Under the pieces are notes generated by a model. That model was not told where the DNA came from. It saw only the letters and a list, made by a program, of their open reading frames with translations, and ran no database searches. DNA of 64,000 nucleotides from a virus. Made by a program: the position numbers and the translations under genes. Of this stretch, positions 32,413 through 41,776 are shown one piece after another. Numbering within the stretch: the first letter of the stretch is position 1; each line of letters begins with the position of its first letter. Location of the stretch: positions 1-64,000 of IMG/VR virus record IMGVR_UViG_3300037247_001116. One strand, given 5' to 3'.

Positions 32413-32824
32413 CCGTTAGGGTATAATTTTACTACAAACGGTCAAAAAGTGACAGTTTCATACCCGATAGGGATATTATTTAATATGTATTGTAACTTAG
32501 TTATAACTAAATAGGAGGCAATATAATGACTGAAGAAAAAAACAAAACTGATGAAGAAAAAATCGAAGTCCTCACTTGTCCTATGTGTAAAAAAGTAACA
32601 GATTCAAGTGAATGGAATGGTTATTATCATGCTTGCGATCAGTGTGTTAGTGGGGCAGGAAGGATAGGAACATAATGAAAAATAGAATATTTGCCATTAT
32701 TTTAACTTTATTTCTATTTTCTATAGTTATATGTTCGCAAATTTTTGATGAACCCATTCTTCTTCTAATCCCAGCATGTTTTGGGCAATTTGCTCTAATG
32801 TTTTTTATAATCGAGGAATAAATA

Positions 32825-33427
32825 ATGATAGTTAAAACCTTAAAAGAGCTTTATAGTATTTTTCACAAATTAGAGGAAACCTTTTTTGACAAACCTCTTG
32901 AAGAACCTGTGATTCTTATCCAATCAACCAAGAGAAAGATCCTTGGCACTTGTTCGGTTCATAAAGTGTGGGATAATAAAAATGATGATAAGAAATCGAA
33001 ATACGAAATCACTGTTGTTGCGGAAAGTCTAAACAGACCAACTGAAGAAATTGTCGAAACTCTTTTACATGAAATGATCCATCTTTATTGCTCTCTTAAC
33101 GATATTAAAGACACTTCAAACAATTTTGTGTATCATAACAAAAAATATAAGGAAGAAGCAGAAAAGAGAGGCTTAGAGGTTTCTCATGCAAAAACAATCG
33201 GTCACGCAATTACAACATTAAAACCAGAAACGATTGCTACAATAAAATCGTATGGCATTGATGAATCTGCTTTTGAATATTATCGCAAGCCCTTCTTTGG
33301 TACACCAGGGAAGAAAGTTGTTTATATTAAATATGAATGCCCCGAGTGTGGTATTAAATTGTCTACTTATAAATTGTTAAATCTTATGTGCGGCGATTGT
33401 AAGAAGCAGTTGGAAGTGAGGGAATAA
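32825..33427 (+). CDS. SprT-like zinc metallopeptidase with C-terminal Zn ribbon
   Basis: TLLHEMIH, YHNKKY, CPEC..CGDC. Confidence 0.8.
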   Translation: MIVKTLKELYSIFHKLEETFFDKPLEEPVILIQSTKRKILGTCSVHKVWDNKNDDKKSKYEITVVAESLNRPTEEIVETLLHEMIHLYCSLNDIKDTSNNFVYHNKKYKEEAEKRGLEVSHAKTIGHAITTLKPETIATIKSYGIDESAFEYYRKPFFGTPGKKVVYIKYECPECGIKLSTYKLLNLMCGDCKKQLEVRE

Positions 33428-33595
33428 TGGGTAGAAAAATTTATTTAGGTGGTATTATTATATACACTCTTTTGTCATTTATTGTTCAGGCAGTTACGGG
33501 AATTAGATGGATCGATGCTTTTACCGTATTTATGCTTAGTGGAATCTTTTCTCAAATTTTAGATTGGAAATATGGAAGAGATCAGGAGGAAGACA

Positions 33596-33928
33596 ATGGA
33601 CTTTAATGAATATCAAAAAGAATCAAGAAAATTAAATATTTATCCTAATGGCAGTGTAGGTTTTCTAGCACATACACTTGGAATATGTGATGAGGCTGGA
33701 GAAGTTGCAGGTAAAGTTAAAAAACAAATTAGAGATAAAAAAGAAAACTTTACAACCAAAGAGTTTAGGGGAAACATGAAAGCAGAATTAGGAGATGTTC
33801 TTTGGTATATAGCTAACACTGCAAAGGATCTAGGAATAACTTTAGAAGATATCGCTAATTATAATATAGAGAAATTAAAGGATAGAAAGAACAGAGGTGT
33901 ATTAGGCGGATCAGGAGATGAGAGATGA
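33596..33928 (+). CDS. MazG-like nucleotide pyrophosphohydrolase
   Basis: LGICDEAGEVAGKVKK, ELGDVLWY, NIEKL..RK.RGVLGGSGD. Confidence 0.9.
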   Translation: MDFNEYQKESRKLNIYPNGSVGFLAHTLGICDEAGEVAGKVKKQIRDKKENFTTKEFRGNMKAELGDVLWYIANTAKDLGITLEDIANYNIEKLKDRKNRGVLGGSGDER

Positions 33929-34414
33929 ATCAATTATATTTAAGATTAAAATATGGATATGCGGATGAAAAATGTGATTATGAGCTATACCGAACAGAAT
34001 CTGGATATAGATTAGAAAAAAATTATTATTTTTCTAAAAAAGGAACATTAAAAGAATTAAAAGATTTTTTACGAAAAGTTTATAAAATTTGGTATAAACA
34101 ACAACAAAAACGAATTGCCGAAATTATTGGTGAACCGTATAGTTCACCGTTGCCTATGGTTAATGTAGCGAGGTATCTATGACACTAAAAAGAGGACGCA
34201 AAAAAGGATCTAAAAACAAACACTCTGGCGAACCTCACGGTTACGCCTTTTGGAAGGAAACTTTAAAAAAGCAAGAGACTGTTAATGCCTTCTTAGAGAG
34301 AGGATCTAAACAACAAAAAGAGACTATTAAAGAGATTGTAACTTATTTAAAAAGACATGACCCCGATTATTTTGAAAGAATAAATGGAGAAGAAATCTTG
34401 AAGGAGATAGGATA

Positions 34415-34711
34415 ATGAGAGAACGAGTTCAATCGTTATATGCTATAAAATGCAAAGAATATTATAAAATTGGAATTACTTCTAATATAAAGGATCGTAT
34501 ATACACATTACAATCGAGCAATCCATATAAATTAAAAATAATCTTTTTGAAAAAATTTAGAACCAGAAAAACAGTAAGATTAAATGAAGTTAAACTACAT
34601 CATCATTTTCATGATAAAAGAGGAATGGGTGAATGGTTTAAATTAAATTCTGACGATGTTAAATATATAAAAAATTTTAAATTTATTAAACCCCTTAAAG
34701 ACAATGCATAA
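34415..34711 (+). CDS. T5orf172/GIY-YIG-like nuclease domain protein
   Basis: YKIGIT..IKDR..LQSSNP..L, E..LH..F...R..GEWF. Confidence 0.8.
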   Translation: MRERVQSLYAIKCKEYYKIGITSNIKDRIYTLQSSNPYKLKIIFLKKFRTRKTVRLNEVKLHHHFHDKRGMGEWFKLNSDDVKYIKNFKFIKPLKDNA

Positions 34712-35240
34712 AAACTATTTTATATCTGACCCTCATTTTGGTCATCATAACATTCTTACTTTTGAAGATAACGAGGGCAAGCTTTGTCGCCCATTTTCGT
34801 CTATAGAAGAACATGATAATTTGATTATTGATAATATTAATAAAGTTGTTAGGGATATGGATAAACTTTATATATTGGGCGATGTTGTTATGAATAGACG
34901 TATGATGCCTATCTTAGATAGAATTATAACAAAGAAAAGAATTTTGGTAAGAGGAAATCATGATATTTTTAAATTAAAGGATTATTTGCCTTATTTTAAA
35001 GATATCCGCGCTTATAAGGTAATGCCTAAACATAATATTATTTTTTCTCACATACCGATACATCCAGTTCAATTCGAAGGAAGATGGGAAATGAACATTC
35101 ACGGTCACATGCATAGCAATTTTATTCATCATCATATGTGGTGTGGCTCTCCAGATTTAAGGTATTTTAATATATGCCCTGAACAAGTCGGATATGCCCC
35201 GCTTGAATTAGAAGAGATTTTAGAAAGGAAACCAAAATGA
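34704..35240 (+). CDS. Calcineurin-like metallophosphoesterase
   Basis: SDPHFGH, LGD, GNHD, SHIP, HGHMH. Confidence 0.9.
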   Translation: MHKNYFISDPHFGHHNILTFEDNEGKLCRPFSSIEEHDNLIIDNINKVVRDMDKLYILGDVVMNRRMMPILDRIITKKRILVRGNHDIFKLKDYLPYFKDIRAYKVMPKHNIIFSHIPIHPVQFEGRWEMNIHGHMHSNFIHHHMWCGSPDLRYFNICPEQVGYAPLELEEILERKPK

Positions 35241-35827
35241 AAATTGATATTCAACCAGGCGATTTCGCAATAGTAGATAGCAAAAAGAGAGCGCCCAAGT
35301 TAGTTAAATATTTGATGCGAAGCCCTACTTTATGGATTGATTTATTTAGAATGGCTACTGGAAAATTGGAAGAACCTCTTCATTATCATGCTCTCTTATT
35401 TATTGATAAAGATACAATAATTGAACAACAAGGCAAAGTACAATCTGTTTCTTCTGAAAAATTATTAAATACGGACAATAGGTTATTTATTTTTAGATTA
35501 AAATCCTCTGTTGATTTGAAAGAAGATTACCTAGTTTGGGAGGCAGAAGATAATATAGGACAATGGTACGGAGTCATGAGTTGTATTGCTAAAACACTCA
35601 CATGGTTGACAGGGATTAAGTTTTTTGCAAGATATATTCATATTCCAAAAACTGAAATATGTATCAATAGAGTTTGCAAATGGTACTATGATGTGACAAG
35701 AGAATTATTTGGTAAAAAAACTTATTTAGAGTCTACTACATGGTCTGTTTATAAATATGTCATAGCACATCCTGAGAAATTTGAGATTGTATATGACGAC
35801 AATCCGCGTGAGGATAAGTTAGTATGA
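35237..35827 (+). CDS. Permuted papain-like (NlpC/P60, YiiX-like) protein
   Basis: QPGD, HYHALL, IGQWY, EIC in permuted His-before-Cys order. Confidence 0.55.
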   Translation: MKIDIQPGDFAIVDSKKRAPKLVKYLMRSPTLWIDLFRMATGKLEEPLHYHALLFIDKDTIIEQQGKVQSVSSEKLLNTDNRLFIFRLKSSVDLKEDYLVWEAEDNIGQWYGVMSCIAKTLTWLTGIKFFARYIHIPKTEICINRVCKWYYDVTRELFGKKTYLESTTWSVYKYVIAHPEKFEIVYDDNPREDKLV

Positions 35828-36450
35828 AATTAGTTATCATCTCAGACACTCATAGACAGGAAAATAAGGTCATTTTACCAGAAGGGGATATACTCATTCA
35901 TGCTGGTGACTTCGACATTTATGATCAAAATAATTTAGATACTGTTATTGATTGGTTTAAAAAATTGGACTATAATCATATTATTTTTACAGGTGGTAAT
36001 CATGATAAATATTTACAACACTTTTCTTCTGACGAAATAAATAAACAGTTACCTTCTAACATTCACTATTTAATGAACGATAGTGTTGTAGTGAACAATA
36101 TAAAATTTTGGGGAAGCCCTTATTCTCCCGCTTTCGGTCAAGGTTGGGCGTATAACGCTTTTATTGATGAACTTAGAGAAAAATGGGCGACTATCCCTTC
36201 TGATACAGATATTGTTATAAGCCACTGTAATTGTTTTGGTATTAATGATGTGGTTAGAGGTATTAGCCAGGGCTGTCCTGCCCTTCGGGATAGAATAAAA
36301 GAAATTAAACCTAAATTACATGTTTCAGGACACATACATCCTGGTTATGGAGTTTATCAAGATAAAAACACTATATATGTTAATGCTAGTATTTTAGATG
36401 ATTTTTACCAAATTGCGAATAAACCCATTATAATAAATTATGAAAACTAA
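35824..36450 (+). CDS. Metallophosphoesterase (MPPED-like)
   Basis: ISDTH, HAGDF, GNHD, WGSPY, SGHIH. Confidence 0.9.
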   Translation: MKLVIISDTHRQENKVILPEGDILIHAGDFDIYDQNNLDTVIDWFKKLDYNHIIFTGGNHDKYLQHFSSDEINKQLPSNIHYLMNDSVVVNNIKFWGSPYSPAFGQGWAYNAFIDELREKWATIPSDTDIVISHCNCFGINDVVRGISQGCPALRDRIKEIKPKLHVSGHIHPGYGVYQDKNTIYVNASILDDFYQIANKPIIINYEN

Positions 36451-37063
36451 AATTTGTACAAAATGCAGGTGTGAAAAATTATTATCTGAATTTTCTAAAG
36501 ACAAAAATAGAAAAGATAACAGACATCCTTATTGTAAATTATGTCAATCTCAGTATCATAAGAATCGTAAAGATGACAGAAAATTTTATAATGATAAGAA
36601 TAGGATAAAACTTGCATTTCAGCAAAGAAATTATATTAAAAGAAATCCTTGGATGACAAGTTATACTTCTGCAAAACAACGATGTACAAATCCAAAAAAT
36701 GAAAAATACCATAGATATGGCGGAAGAGATATAAAATTTCTTTTAACAATTGATGAAATTAAACATTTGTGGTTTAGAGATAAAGCATATAATTTGAAGA
36801 AAGCATCGATTGATAGAGAAGACAACGATGGCGATTATATATTGCAAAACTGTCATTTTATTGAACATTCTATAAATAGCCAAAAAGATCAAGATATGCG
36901 TGTTATTAAACAATTTAATCTACAAGGAAAATTTATAAGAGAATGGGAAAGTATTAGCGAAGCTGGTAGACAATTATTTACATCACCAGCTAATATTGTA
37001 GGTGTTTTAAAAGGATATCAAAAGACAGCAAAAGGATTTAAATGGGAATACAAAAATGAATAA
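36440..37063 (+). CDS. HNH-like endonuclease with Zn finger and NUMOD1 DNA-binding tail
   Basis: CTKC..CKLC; RC.NP....YGGR.I, SIDR.DNDGDY...NC; IREWESISEA...G..KTAKGFKW. Confidence 0.75.
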   Translation: MKTKICTKCRCEKLLSEFSKDKNRKDNRHPYCKLCQSQYHKNRKDDRKFYNDKNRIKLAFQQRNYIKRNPWMTSYTSAKQRCTNPKNEKYHRYGGRDIKFLLTIDEIKHLWFRDKAYNLKKASIDREDNDGDYILQNCHFIEHSINSQKDQDMRVIKQFNLQGKFIREWESISEAGRQLFTSPANIVGVLKGYQKTAKGFKWEYKNE

Positions 37064-37264
37064 ATTAAAAATTAACAGAACCCACTTTGTTGAACTCACT
37101 AATATTGAAAAAATTGTTATTAAGAAAAATGAAGATGTTTGGGTTTATAGAAAAAGAGGTTATCCCCGCATTTATAAATGCTTAGAAGGCATTTACATGT
37201 TGAGAAAGAGGATTGTAAATTTGGGATATACCATTCATGATTTTAATGTTGAAAGAGAGGCATA

Positions 37265-37708
37265 ATGGACACAATAAAAATGTTGATGACAATTTCATTT
37301 CTTAAAAAGAAGATAAAAAAGTTACGAAGAAATTATATTCCTAATCAGGAAATGTTAGATTTCAGGAATCGTCTTGTTGAAACAATTCCTAAAATTAAAA
37401 ATTTGAAACAATTTAGATTACGGTCAGGAGTGTGTAATTTTTCTTTATGTGACATCGCTGATATGGCACAATTAGTAGCTGACAAGGGAAATTTTTATGT
37501 TTTGTTATTAGGAGACTATTGTAATTTAGATCTTGGTCGTGGGGCAATGAACGACGAAATTGATATAGATATTATTTTAGACAATTGCGATATTAAGAGA
37601 ATGCCTGATACTTCATTAAATAAAAATGACGCATATTTGATTGCTGTTGATAATTTAAAACAGACATCCTTTGATAATAAAAATGTTGTTAAATTTGTTA
37701 GAGAATAG
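37265..37708 (+). CDS. Hypothetical protein
   Basis: ORF with RBS in the co-oriented operon. Confidence 0.5.
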   Translation: MDTIKMLMTISFLKKKIKKLRRNYIPNQEMLDFRNRLVETIPKIKNLKQFRLRSGVCNFSLCDIADMAQLVADKGNFYVLLLGDYCNLDLGRGAMNDEIDIDIILDNCDIKRMPDTSLNKNDAYLIAVDNLKQTSFDNKNVVKFVRE

Positions 37709-37749
37709 TTCAAATCCCATTTATATGACTTTAAAGTGGAGGAAGAGAA

Positions 37750-38241
37750 ATGAAATTTAAAGTTTTTTCTAGGATAGAATTCGAAGAGTTCATACCCCAT
37801 GAACCGTTCATTGCTATATCTATTACAGATCCAAATTCAGAGATTGTACAACCTCAAAATCCCCCACATGCAATACTATCTCTTGAATTTCATGATGCAG
37901 ATAAAAGATGTAAAAGAGAAGATTGTAAGATGTGCGCTGGCACTGGTAAAATAGAAAGATTTAAAGACATAAATAATGGAAATTGTTATAGCTGTTCTGA
38001 TCAGATGGTTGTTAATCTTTTTACTGAAAAAGACGCAGAGAATATTTTAGATTTTGTAGCTGTATATAAAGATTTTGTTGATTTAATCGTGGTACATTGT
38101 GAGGTCGGCATTAGCCGTTCCGCAGGAGTAACGGCGGCACTATCTTTTATTTTAAATGGAACTGACCAGTATTATTTTGATAACTATATTCCCAACATGC
38201 TGTGTTACAGAAAGATACTAAATGCTCATTACAATTCTTAA
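37750..38241 (+). CDS. Protein-tyrosine/dual-specificity phosphatase-like protein
   Basis: ISITDP, LEFHD, VVHCEVGISRSAG (CX5R), PN..CY. Confidence 0.85.
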   Translation: MKFKVFSRIEFEEFIPHEPFIAISITDPNSEIVQPQNPPHAILSLEFHDADKRCKREDCKMCAGTGKIERFKDINNGNCYSCSDQMVVNLFTEKDAENILDFVAVYKDFVDLIVVHCEVGISRSAGVTAALSFILNGTDQYYFDNYIPNMLCYRKILNAHYNS

Positions 38242-38782
38242 AGTTTGTTCTAAATGCAAAAAAGATAAATCGTTTTCTGAATTTCATAAAGATAAAAATA
38301 GAAAAGACGGACATTATTGTATTTGTAAACAATGTATTTTAGATTATAAAAAGAAATATCCTTGGAAAACAGTATTTCGATCAATAAAAACTCGGTGTAA
38401 TAGCCCGAAATATATCAATTATAAAGATTATGGCGGTAGAGGAATAGAATGTAGGATAACCGAAAATGAACTCAAAGAGTTGTGGTTTAGAGATAAAGCC
38501 TGGCTACTAAACAGACCAAGCATTGATAGGAAGAACGATGATGGCGATTATGAGTTTTCTAATTGTCAGTTTATCGAATTGAAAGATAATGTTTCTAAAC
38601 GTAACACAAAATTTTTATCTTTACAAATTCTACAATATTCAAAAACTAAGGAACTTATTAAAAAATGGAACAGTATTAGAGAAGCAAGCCGAACATTGAA
38701 TGTAGATAATGCTGATATCACAAAATGTGCAAAAGGTAGAGTAAAATCCGCAGGTGGTTATATTTGGAGGTATTTTAAATGA
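38222..38782 (+). CDS. HNH-like endonuclease with NUMOD1 (paralog of 36440)
   Basis: Same CSKC..CKQC, YGGRGI, LWFRDKA, SIDR.NDDGDY..NC and NUMOD1 tail. Confidence 0.75.
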   Translation: MLITILKVCSKCKKDKSFSEFHKDKNRKDGHYCICKQCILDYKKKYPWKTVFRSIKTRCNSPKYINYKDYGGRGIECRITENELKELWFRDKAWLLNRPSIDRKNDDGDYEFSNCQFIELKDNVSKRNTKFLSLQILQYSKTKELIKKWNSIREASRTLNVDNADITKCAKGRVKSAGGYIWRYFK

Positions 38783-39414
38783 TTAAATTATTAATTTTAA
38801 TAGCACTTTGTTACCCTCTTTACCATATGGCTCGTATTTGGTGGATAATAAATAAATGGATTATACCAATTGTTTTAAGTATGTGGCTTATTACTCTATT
38901 TTCATGGGTTTTAATAATGAGTTAAAATAGGAGATCTAAAATGGATGAGTATGTAAGAATAATTCAATTAGAAGAAAATATCCTAAGTTTAAATAAACAG
39001 TTAGAGAATTTAACAAAAATTAATGGTAAACTATTTAATTACTTTAACGATAAATATCCAGATGAAATGAGAACTTTTTTATTGGAGGAATAAAATGACA
39101 AGAGAAGATGCTGAAGAAATTATTTATAATTATGAAGAATATGAAGATAAATCTTGCTCATGTCATATGGGCAATCCTCCTTGTTCCAAATGCGTAAATT
39201 GTCCTTCAGAAGAAGACTATAGAGAAGCGATCCTTTTTGATTGGAGTAAATAATCTATGTTATCCCCACCTTTCTACAATTTATTTCACTATCTTATGAC
39301 AGGATCGTTCTTTATCCTCTCTATCAACCAAACAACAATGAGAATGAAAGCTATCGGCGTATTGATCACTGTGGTCAATTATTTATTGTTTTTGAAATAG
39401 GAGAAAAGCTAATA

Positions 39415-39459
39415 TTCCCTAATTGTATACACTTATTTATATCTATACAAGTTAGGGAA
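39415..39459. repeat. Intergenic inverted repeat/hairpin
   Basis: TTCCCTAA-TTGTATA...TATACAA-G-TTAGGGAA. Confidence 0.7.
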
Positions 39460-39912
39460 AATAAAAGGAGTGATTATGGAATATGTCTATTTACAAGGAT
39501 CTGAGGATGTGCAAAGAGCAGGGAATAATATTGCTAGTTCTGCAAGTCTTATGCAATCGGCTTCAAATAATATTATGGGCGCATTAGAACAGAATCAGCG
39601 ATTTATGACTGAGTGGCTAGATCGATTTGAAACGGTCTTAAAAGAAAATAAAAGGAGTCAACTATGATTAAGGAAGAAAAAGCGAGTATTAATGCTCAAT
39701 TGATGCTCATTGCTGGCAGAGTAAGCGATCTTGCCAATGAAACGAGCCAAGATGAGGTATACGCGATAGTTGAGGAACTACAAGCGGTATATGATAAGAT
39801 TTTTAATTTGTAATTGATTTTGAAATTAATTTCATTTATTTTCAATCGAAATAAAGAATTGTAACTCTTACTCTCCCAACTACTTCGATTTTGAATCGGT
39901 TTTTCTCCCTCG

Positions 39913-39972
39913 TAAGTCATTGATATAACACGACTTAAAAAACTTGACACAACCTCTAAAATATGTTATACT
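39913..39972 (+). promoter_or_regulatory. Promoter upstream of packaging genes with an adjacent IHF-like dyad site
   Basis: TAAGTCATTGATA matches the IHF consensus YAANNNNTTGATW; TTGACA(39944)-17bp-TATACT. Confidence 0.75.
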
Positions 39973-40172
39973 TAACCGTAAGGCTAAAATAGGGCTTACT
40001 CTGTTTTATGTATTTTTATAATTCGTAAACTATTGTAATTAAAGAAGTTAGTGTTTTAAATTAAATAATTAAAATGGAATCCCTAGAGATAAAGCTAATA
40101 AAAAGTGATTTATCTCTATATATTTTTTTTTACACTAATAATCAAATTATATGTATATTCCGCGTCATTACA

Positions 40173-40201
40173 AGTATAACATATATTTTTAACAATGTCA
40201 A
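40173..40201 (-). promoter_or_regulatory. Antisense (convergent) sigma70-type promoter
   Basis: Reverse complement TTGACA-17bp-TATACT with the same TATGTTATACTT core. Confidence 0.7.
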
Positions 40202-40223
40202 GGGGCAACCATAAGGATCATTT

Positions 40224-41015
40224 ATGTGGACTGAAGCAGATTTAAACAAAGAAATAAAGAGAATCAGCCATTTGGTTCAAAACAAGGATAGGTCTGAAGA
40301 AGATCTTTTTCCTTTAGCCAAGATAAATATGATGGTTAGAGATTTTAAGTCCAATTCTCTTTTCACTGATGCTTCGGAACAAGATCTGGCAATAGAAAAG
40401 TTTCGTAGCTATTTGACCAATAATGAAATTGAGTCCAATTCTGATCTTGATACATTGAGATCTCTTATTTTTAACGAAGTGCTTGAATCAAGAATTCAGA
40501 AACAATTTAATAAATTAGCAGAAGAAAAGAAATACCCAACCGATAAACTTATCAAATCACTTGTTGACATTCAGGATCAAAAAAGTGCGCTAAAAATAAA
40601 ACTTGGTATTGATAAGAAAGCAGATGAAGTCGATGATTTAAGTGCTTATCAACTTTTACATAAAAGAGTAGATAAATATGTGAATGACCACAAAGATGAG
40701 TTCACTATAGGTTTGGGCTTTGAATGCGAAAAATGCTCCCACCAAAATTGGGAAACATTTCTGCTTTATAAAAGAGTCAAAGATTTTAAGATGATCAAGC
40801 ATGGTTGGTTTGCAGGTCGTTTTCTTTTCAACTATGAACTAATGCTAGATGTCAAAAACAAAAAGATTTCGAAAGAACAGGCGACACGCTATTTAATGTG
40901 TAGCGGTCAGGGTAAATTTTATCGACCTCAAGCCGAAGACAAAAAATGGTGCAACGACTACGTTGATTATTTATTAGAAAATTGGCTTGAAATAACAGAA
41001 TTGTTACCGAAATAA
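40224..41015 (+). CDS. Hypothetical protein, possible terminase small subunit
   Basis: Helical protein at the head of the late operon, upstream of TerL (positional inference). Confidence 0.35.
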   Translation: MWTEADLNKEIKRISHLVQNKDRSEEDLFPLAKINMMVRDFKSNSLFTDASEQDLAIEKFRSYLTNNEIESNSDLDTLRSLIFNEVLESRIQKQFNKLAEEKKYPTDKLIKSLVDIQDQKSALKIKLGIDKKADEVDDLSAYQLLHKRVDKYVNDHKDEFTIGLGFECEKCSHQNWETFLLYKRVKDFKMIKHGWFAGRFLFNYELMLDVKNKKISKEQATRYLMCSGQGKFYRPQAEDKKWCNDYVDYLLENWLEITELLPK

Positions 41016-41776
41016 TGCAAAATAAAACTTGTACAAAATGTAATGATGAAAAAGAGATTTCTGAATTCAACAAACAATGTTCTCACAAAGACGGTCATAG
41101 GTCTGCTTGCAAAAAGTGTATGAGAGAATATAGAGATAACAATAAAGAAAAAATCAAAAAGCAACAACAAACCTATCATATAAATAACAAAGAATATGTG
41201 TCACAAAAACAGAGTCGGTATAGAGAAATAAACAAAGAAAAAATTTCTAAACAGAAACAATTGTTTTCTAAAAATAATTCTGAAAAAATAAAAATTCGTG
41301 GGCAAAATTATTATTTAAAAAATAAATCTATAATTAATAAAAAATCCAAAGATTATTATTTAAAAAATAAAGGAAAACTTTTAGATTATCAATCGAATTA
41401 TAACAAGAATAATCGAGAAACAATTTCGCAATATCAGAAACATTGGCAAAAATTAAAAAGAGATACTGATATTTCTTTTAAACTCAAATCAAATTTAAGA
41501 ACTAGAATTCATCATGCGATTGAGGGCAACATCAAATCTCTCAGAACAATGTTTCTTATTGGTTGTGAGGTTGATTATCTCATGTATCATCTTCAAGAAC
41601 AATTTCAACCTGGCATGTCTTGGGATAATTATGGCGATTGGCATGTAGACCACATCAAACCATGTGCAAGATTTGATTTAAGCAAACCCGAAGAACAACT
41701 AAAATGTTTTCGCTACACAAATCTTCAGCCCCTGTGGTCTGAAGATAATTTAAGAAAAGGCTCAAAATATGCGTGA
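41015..41776 (+). CDS. HNH-type endonuclease (paralog of 7795)
   Basis: CTKC..CKKC, long basic repeat linker, MSWDNYGDWHVDHIKPC...NLQPLW. Confidence 0.75.
   Translation: MQNKTCTKCNDEKEISEFNKQCSHKDGHRSACKKCMREYRDNNKEKIKKQQQTYHINNKEYVSQKQSRYREINKEKISKQKQLFSKNNSEKIKIRGQNYYLKNKSIINKKSKDYYLKNKGKLLDYQSNYNKNNRETISQYQKHWQKLKRDTDISFKLKSNLRTRIHHAIEGNIKSLRTMFLIGCEVDYLMYHLQEQFQPGMSWDNYGDWHVDHIKPCARFDLSKPEEQLKCFRYTNLQPLWSEDNLRKGSKYA

Noticed and set aside
37708-37722. GTTCAAATCCC resembling a tRNA T-loop
   Set aside because: No acceptor, D or anticodon stems; the upstream sequence is coding
41015-41776. HNH gene as part of a group I intron in the terminase
   Set aside because: The ORF overlaps both neighbours, leaving no room for an intron core, and TerL is intact
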